Notes under the pieces: generated by a model
The model's database searches: none
Told to the model about the DNA's origin: nothing
Seen by the model: only the letters and a program-made list of their open reading frames with translations
DNA from: Hyphomicrobiales bacterium
Lineage (GTDB): Bacteria > Pseudomonadota > Alphaproteobacteria > Rhizobiales > Xanthobacteraceae
NCBI GenBank assembly: GCA_039649225.1
Contig: JBBWZU010000651.1
Span: 1-50,828, forward strand
Reading direction: 5' to 3'
Length of the DNA stretch: 50,828 nucleotides
In this document: one piece after another, positions 46,229 to 50,828 of the stretch
Layout of the letters: every line of letters starts with the position of its first letter
Position numbering within the stretch: the first letter of the stretch is position 1
Position numbers and translations under genes: made by a program

Positions 46229-47596
46229 TCAGTTGATGACCTCGACGATCTTCTGCTCGCTTGGATCGACCAGCACGACCTCATCGCCGATCGCCAGATA
46301 TCGGTACGAACCGAGTTCGGGATTCGCGCGCACCAAGTCTTCGGGCACAGGCTGCAGCGTGAGGCAGCTTGAGTCCGGCGCGGAACCCGATGGCGAGCCT
46401 GAAACCGGTGCCGTCGTCATGCGCCGCGCCACCTGCTTCAGCGTCTCGCGCTGCTCGCGCGTCATGACGACGCGTTCGCGTCCGACACGGGAGGTCGTCT
46501 TGACGGTCGAGCCCGGCTCGCGGATGACATCAACCACTTCGTGGGTCCGAGGATGGACGATGACAACCTCATCCTCGATGACGGTGTAATGGTAACCGCG
46601 ATATTGCGGCGCGATCCGGACTATATCGGGCGGCAGCGGGCGCGCCCGCGCGCGCGGCGGCAGGCGCTGGCCGATGTTCACCTGGATGTTGATGTTCTGG
46701 TTCGATACGGTGCGGTCGTGCCGCAGCCGCTCCACGATCTGCGTGCGCTGTCGATCATCGATAGCGAGCGACGATGATGTGCCGCGCCGCGCCGTTTGAT
46801 CCGCGGGTTGACTGGAACCTTGGCCCTGCTGCCGGTTCTGACTGGCGTCGCCCGGCCGCGCGCCTTGTTGCGCCGGTGCAGTTGCGGAGGGCTGAGCTGC
46901 CTGATCGCCGCGCTCGCGTGCCTGGTCGTTGCGCTCGCGTGCCTGATCGTCGCGTTTGCGGCCCTGGTCGCTGCGCTCGCGCGCTTGATCGTTCCGCTCT
47001 CGCGCGGGCTGCCGCTGACCCTGTTGCTGTTTGGGCTCAGCCGGCTGTTTGGTGTCGCGCGCCTGATTTTCCTGTTTCGGTTGCCGGTCACGGCCGAGCT
47101 GCTGTTTCGGTTCTGCGGGCCGCTCAGCCTCGCGGCCACCCGGCTGGTTTTCACGTTGCTGCGCCGCGCCCGCCGGCGGGCGTTCGCCACGGCCCGGCTG
47201 CTCTTCTCTTAGCATTTCCTGGGTTTGCTTCTGCTGGTCCTGCCCTTCTTGACCTTGCCTCTCCTGGCTTTGCTTCAGGAGTTGTTTGGTGTCGCGTGGA
47301 GGTGTCGGCTCTTGCGCCTGCTTGCGCTCGAGCGGGGCGGGACCCTCGCCGCGCTGCGGTCCCTTCGCGCCCGCCTTTGGCTCGGGCTGGGCCGCACGGT
47401 TCTTAAGGCGATCGGCTGGCTGCTGTTGGTATTCGCCAGCCGCAGGCCGATCGGCTTCCTTGGACGGGAGAGACGGGGCTTGAGCGCGGGGACTTTCCTC
47501 GCGCTTCTTCGGAAGGTCGGGTTGCGCTTGCACAATGACGGCACCGGAGCCGATGACAAGAGCGATAGCCGTGGTACCGAGCCACTTGATGGTCAT
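46229..47596 (-). CDS. Secreted low-complexity (Q/E/R/P-rich) protein with two C-terminal DUF1236-like modules
   Basis: Signal peptide MTIKWLGTTAIALVIGSGAVIVQA, then a charged region of about 250 aa with heptad repeats. The two modules are YHYTVIEDEVVIVHPRTHEVVDVI and YRYLAIGDEVVLVDPSEQKIVEVI. Confidence 0.75.
   Translation of the reverse strand: MTIKWLGTTAIALVIGSGAVIVQAQPDLPKKREESPRAQAPSLPSKEADRPAAGEYQQQPADRLKNRAAQPEPKAGAKGPQRGEGPAPLERKQAQEPTPPRDTKQLLKQSQERQGQEGQDQQKQTQEMLREEQPGRGERPPAGAAQQRENQPGGREAERPAEPKQQLGRDRQPKQENQARDTKQPAEPKQQQGQRQPARERNDQARERSDQGRKRDDQARERNDQARERGDQAAQPSATAPAQQGARPGDASQNRQQGQGSSQPADQTARRGTSSSLAIDDRQRTQIVERLRHDRTVSNQNINIQVNIGQRLPPRARARPLPPDIVRIAPQYRGYHYTVIEDEVVIVHPRTHEVVDVIREPGSTVKTTSRVGRERVVMTREQRETLKQVARRMTTAPVSGSPSGSAPDSSCLTLQPVPEDLVRANPELGSYRYLAIGDEVVLVDPSEQKIVEVIN
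46900..47004. repeat. Five tandem 21-bp coding repeats (heptad DQARERx)
   Basis: The units start at 46900, 46921, 46942, 46963 and 46984 (cctgRtcgYYgcgctcgcgtg-like). They encode DQARERNDQARERSDQGRKRDDQARERNDQARERGDQ inside CDS 46229-47596. Confidence 0.85.
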
Positions 47597-47666
47597 GGCA
47601 GGAACTCCTCTCTTTTCCCACCCGTCCCTTCGAGTCCAAACGTTAACGGCAGCATTTCATTCTGCC

Positions 47667-47680
47667 TTGACGACGATCAA
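47667..47680. promoter_or_regulatory. FixK/FNR-type box TTGA-N6-TCAA (ttgacgacgatcaa)
   Basis: Perfect half-sites, centred about 78 bp upstream of ATG 47596. Confidence 0.65.
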
Positions 47681-47717
47681 CGTATGTTCGCGTTGTCGCG
47701 GGAGCCTGGCGCGGAGT

Positions 47718-50300
47718 TCACTCTATCTTCCGCGGCGGACCCATAAGCACGGGCTGGAACAGCACCGCGGCGAACATTGTGCACAGCAATGCCAAGGCCA
47801 TCAGCTTGCCCATGCTCGACATGCCTGGATAGTCGGATGTCCACATGCTTCCGAACGCGGCCGCGTTGGTCAGCGCGCTGAATATCACGGCGCGCGTCAG
47901 CGTCGATTGGAGTAATCCGGTTTTACCCGCCCGCCAGGCCATGATGTAGTAGATCTTGAACGCTACGCCGACGCCAAGTAGCAGCGGCAGTGCAATGACA
48001 TTGGCGAAATTGAGCGCAAGTCCGCTCAAGACGCAAATTTCCAGCGTGACCGCGGCGGCCAAAAGCAACGGCACGAGTGTCAGCAGCACATCGGTAATGC
48101 GCCGCAGCGCGAGCCACAGCACCAATGCGATGACGCCAAGCGCGATCCCGCCGGCCGAGAAGAATGCATTGAGAACGGTCCGGCCGGCTTCATAGTAGCT
48201 GATCGCGGCACCGGTCGCAGCGGGCTCGGCCGCCAGCACTGCGGCGGCAAAGCGCCGCAGCACGTTGGCATCGCTCGGATCGCCACGCGGCACGATTTCC
48301 ACGCGCGCTTGCCCGTCCGGCGCTTTCCAATCCCGCACCAATTCCGGCGGAAGCGTCGCGACCGTGATCGGCTGCGGCTCCAGGCTGCTTCGAAGTCGAG
48401 CAAGATTATAGACAAGCGAGGGGACGACAGCGGCCTCCGCCTTGCCGCGCATTGCGGGATCCGATCGAGCCAATTCTCGAAGCAGGCCAGCCACACGGCG
48501 CGCCGCATCGGCGCCCGGACCCTTCGAGCCGCCGGTCGCCGTGGAAAGCCGCTCGGCCGCCGACTGGATCGCAGCGATGGAATCCTGATCGGATGGCGGA
48601 GGTTGCTTGTTTTTCTGATCGAGGACAGGCTTGAGAACGTCCGCCGCGTGCCGAATAACGGCGCGCTTTTGCTCCTGCTCGTCCGGTATGAAGTTGCTCA
48701 GTGTCAGCGTGCGCAAGACCTCGGGGAGGGCGGCCAGTCGCTTTGCGATGGCATCGGCTTCGTCGAGCGCGGAAGCCGCTACCTCGGCGTTGTTCAATCC
48801 TGCTTCAGGGTCCTGTCGAAGCTCGCGATAGGTCGCGACCGATGGTGTGTTGGGGTTGTTCAGGTTGACCGGATTGAAATCGAACGGCACGCGCAACAAA
48901 AGTGGCGCGCCGATCAGAACCACGATGATCGTTCCGGCGACGACTGCGATCCGATGCCGCTGCAGAAAGTCGTCGAGCGGCGCCAGTTTGGCAAACCCGA
49001 CAGGGCGCGATTCGCCCGGCGGGCTCAATATCGTCAGCATGGCCGGGACCAGCGTGATGCTGCAGAAAAAAGCAATCAGCATGCCGAAGCCGGCGATCTG
49101 TCCCAGCTCCGACAGGCCGCTATAGCTGGTCGGCACAAACGAAAAAAACGCCGCCGCGGTGGCTGCCGCGGCCAGCGCGAGGGGAACACCCGCTTTGCGG
49201 GCCGTGCTTCTGAGCGCTTCATGCAGGTCGTGATGTTCGTGGCGCTCGGCCCGATAACGGACGCTGAACTGGATTGCGAAATCGACGCCGAGCCCGACGA
49301 ACAACATGAAGAAGGCGACCGAGATCAGATTGAATGCTCCGACCATCGCAAGGCCGAGCGCCGCGGTCGCCGCGAGCCCAACCATCAGGCTGAAGAACAC
49401 CGCCGCAACCAGACGCCAGGAATGCAGTGCCAGCCACAACAGGATCAGCACGCCGCCAACCGCGATCAAAGTATCGCGTAGCGCGCTTTTGCGGATGACC
49501 GCGAACTGATCGTCGTCCATCGGCACCCGTCCGGTGATATCGACGCGCGCGTTGAACCTTTCGCCTAAGCTCAGATCGATCGCGGCGCCGCGAATGGCGT
49601 TTGTTGATTTTCGCCCCGGCTCCAGGGCGGAAAAATCCAAGACAGGCTGAATCTCGATGAAGTGCCGCAATTGTTCATTGCTCGCAGGCCGCCCCTGGAC
49701 AAGTTCCTGCCAGGAGAATGTCGCCGGTCTGTCCGCAAGGACATCGGTCAAGGTCGTGCCTGCGAGCGTGAGAGGCCATACCAGTTGATCCGGGCCGACT
49801 TGCTCCGACTGCACGCCGGAGGCAACCAGCGAGAGCGTTCTCATCACGCCGCGCAGGCTCGGGTCGGCGGCAAGAACCCTGATGAGGGGTTGGGCCTGTA
49901 CCAGTCCGGCGGTCGTTTTTTCGACGTCGGGAAGGGGCTGAAACAAAATGCCATTACGTTCGAAGAACGCGCCGCTGTCGGGTTGCGTCACGGCACGAAA
50001 CAGGTCACGGTTTTTCGCAAGCTGCCGCGCGAGCTCATCGGTTGCCTGTTCGGCAAATTCCGGCGTCGGCGCTCTGACGACCGCCAGCGTGCCGTATTGA
50101 GGAAACGCATCGAAGAAGGCGAGCTGACGCCGGTGCCACGGAACGTCCCGCGAAATAAGAGACTCAACGTCTGTCGTGATCGAGAAACGTGCAGCGTCAT
50201 ACACGGTGGCGGCGAGGGCGAGCACCATGCCGACGATGATGACGGGCCAGGCATGACGCGCACAGAAATCTACAATTCGCACTGTCGCCGGTTGCAACAT
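47718..50300 (-). CDS. MMPL/RND-superfamily transporter, HpnN-like (hopanoid-transporter family, tentative)
   Basis: 860 aa with two 6-TM bundles and two large periplasmic loops. The N-terminus (…IVDFCARHAWPVIIVGMVLALAATVYDAARFSITTDVESLIS…) resembles HpnN-type proteins as I recall them. No hopanoid synthesis genes are in the window. Confidence 0.7.
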   Translation of the reverse strand: MLQPATVRIVDFCARHAWPVIIVGMVLALAATVYDAARFSITTDVESLISRDVPWHRRQLAFFDAFPQYGTLAVVRAPTPEFAEQATDELARQLAKNRDLFRAVTQPDSGAFFERNGILFQPLPDVEKTTAGLVQAQPLIRVLAADPSLRGVMRTLSLVASGVQSEQVGPDQLVWPLTLAGTTLTDVLADRPATFSWQELVQGRPASNEQLRHFIEIQPVLDFSALEPGRKSTNAIRGAAIDLSLGERFNARVDITGRVPMDDDQFAVIRKSALRDTLIAVGGVLILLWLALHSWRLVAAVFFSLMVGLAATAALGLAMVGAFNLISVAFFMLFVGLGVDFAIQFSVRYRAERHEHHDLHEALRSTARKAGVPLALAAAATAAAFFSFVPTSYSGLSELGQIAGFGMLIAFFCSITLVPAMLTILSPPGESRPVGFAKLAPLDDFLQRHRIAVVAGTIIVVLIGAPLLLRVPFDFNPVNLNNPNTPSVATYRELRQDPEAGLNNAEVAASALDEADAIAKRLAALPEVLRTLTLSNFIPDEQEQKRAVIRHAADVLKPVLDQKNKQPPPSDQDSIAAIQSAAERLSTATGGSKGPGADAARRVAGLLRELARSDPAMRGKAEAAVVPSLVYNLARLRSSLEPQPITVATLPPELVRDWKAPDGQARVEIVPRGDPSDANVLRRFAAAVLAAEPAATGAAISYYEAGRTVLNAFFSAGGIALGVIALVLWLALRRITDVLLTLVPLLLAAAVTLEICVLSGLALNFANVIALPLLLGVGVAFKIYYIMAWRAGKTGLLQSTLTRAVIFSALTNAAAFGSMWTSDYPGMSSMGKLMALALLCTMFAAVLFQPVLMGPPRKIE

Positions 50301-50381
50301 AGCGGCCTATCCACATCGCTCGCGTGAGGCGGAAAAAGTGGGTCGGGTACGGCCAGTTATCTTGCGAATGTCCAACGCGCA

Positions 50382-50395
50382 TTGACGTCCGTCAA
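50382..50395. promoter_or_regulatory. FixK/FNR-type box TTGA-N6-TCAA (ttgacgtccgtcaa)
   Basis: Perfect half-sites in a divergent intergenic region. Centred about 89 bp upstream of ATG 50300 and about 166 bp upstream of ATG 50554. Confidence 0.6.
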
Positions 50396-50553
50396 AGTCG
50401 CCAAGGTCCAGCGCGCGTGGCAGATAATCGAGAAGTACAGGAACCGAAGTTCCGAGGCCGAATTAAACGGCTGATGTTGGTGCGCTGCGCATGTGCCGCG
50501 GAGCCGGGCGGCGCGCGCCGCAAGGCGGGCAGCTCCATCACTGGAGAAATTGC

Positions 50554-50828
50554 ATGAAGCCGTATCTGGTCGCACCATGTCTCGTCGCACTGTTTGCTCT
50601 TTGGCCGCCACGCCTCTCTGCACAAGAGCATCACGAGCGTCACCACGCTTATTATCAGAGCTGGGTCAACAGGCAGGACAAGGGCAGCTGCAATGATCAG
50701 GACTGCGGCGAGTTGCGCGAGGAAGACGAACGCAACACGCGCGACGGCGTGGAAGTGAGAATCGAGGGCCAGTGGTGTCCGGTACAATCGTTCCATTACC
50801 TCAAGCGCGGAAACGCGCCAGATTGGAC
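50554..50828 (+). CDS. Secreted His/Cys-containing protein, 5' partial (runs off the window end)
   Basis: Absent from the ORF track because no stop codon is reached. GGAG lies upstream of ATG 50554. Signal peptide MKPYLVAPCLVALFALWPPRLSA, then QEHHERHHAYYQSWVNRQDKGSCNDQDCGEL...QWCPVQSFHYLKRGNAPDW with no stops. Confidence 0.6.
   Translation, partial: MKPYLVAPCLVALFALWPPRLSAQEHHERHHAYYQSWVNRQDKGSCNDQDCGELREEDERNTRDGVEVRIEGQWCPVQSFHYLKRGNAPDW

Noticed and set aside
46900-47004. Regularly spaced 21-bp repeats, considered as a possible CRISPR array
   Set aside because: The units are directly adjacent with no spacers. They are in frame inside a CDS and encode a heptad peptide repeat, and there are no cas genes.
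50392-50796. 134-aa minus-strand ORF at the window end
   Set aside because: The opposite strand carries a better candidate (50554 onward) with an SD, a signal peptide and a conserved-looking His/Cys pattern. The minus-strand ORF would also begin inside that gene and run across the box at 50382.

Overview
High-GC window with about 58 coding regions. By protein similarity it looks alphaproteobacterial and Bradyrhizobiaceae-like, which is an inference. No rRNA, tRNA, CRISPR array or intact mobile element was seen by eye.

Layout:
- 18-1669: a sorAB-type sulfite dehydrogenase pair.
- About 1.7-4.0 kb: an AT-richer, gene-poor patch holding a phage small-terminase remnant.
- About 4 kb to the end: a dense stress and low-oxygen island.

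Main observations:
1. Fourteen perfect TTGA-N6-TCAA (FixK/FNR-type) palindromes are present. All are intergenic and sit at promoter-like distances. A FixK-like regulator, a FixL/FixJ-like two-component pair and a LuxR solo are encoded in the same window.
2. A co-directional accessory proteostasis string runs from 17349 down to 7437: BON, sHsp, DnaK, ClpB, GrpE, CbpA, CbpM, rhomboid, Clp-fold protease, PsiE. Its clpB carries a single in-frame TAA.
3. A second string runs peroxiredoxin, DsbA-like, sHsp, Lon, PRC-barrel, tandem USP. It is followed by a redox and unknown-function string that includes a DUF1931 (histone-fold family) gene.
4. An eRF1/Pelota-like (baeRF-type) gene lies divergent from a tandem USP gene, and each has its own box.
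5. A Cys-type, Tat-exported formate dehydrogenase-N operon is present, along with an HdeD gene and many small secreted proteins of unknown function.

A truncated Ku gene and the terminase remnant mark gene decay. All family calls come from reading the translated ORFs. No database search was possible.
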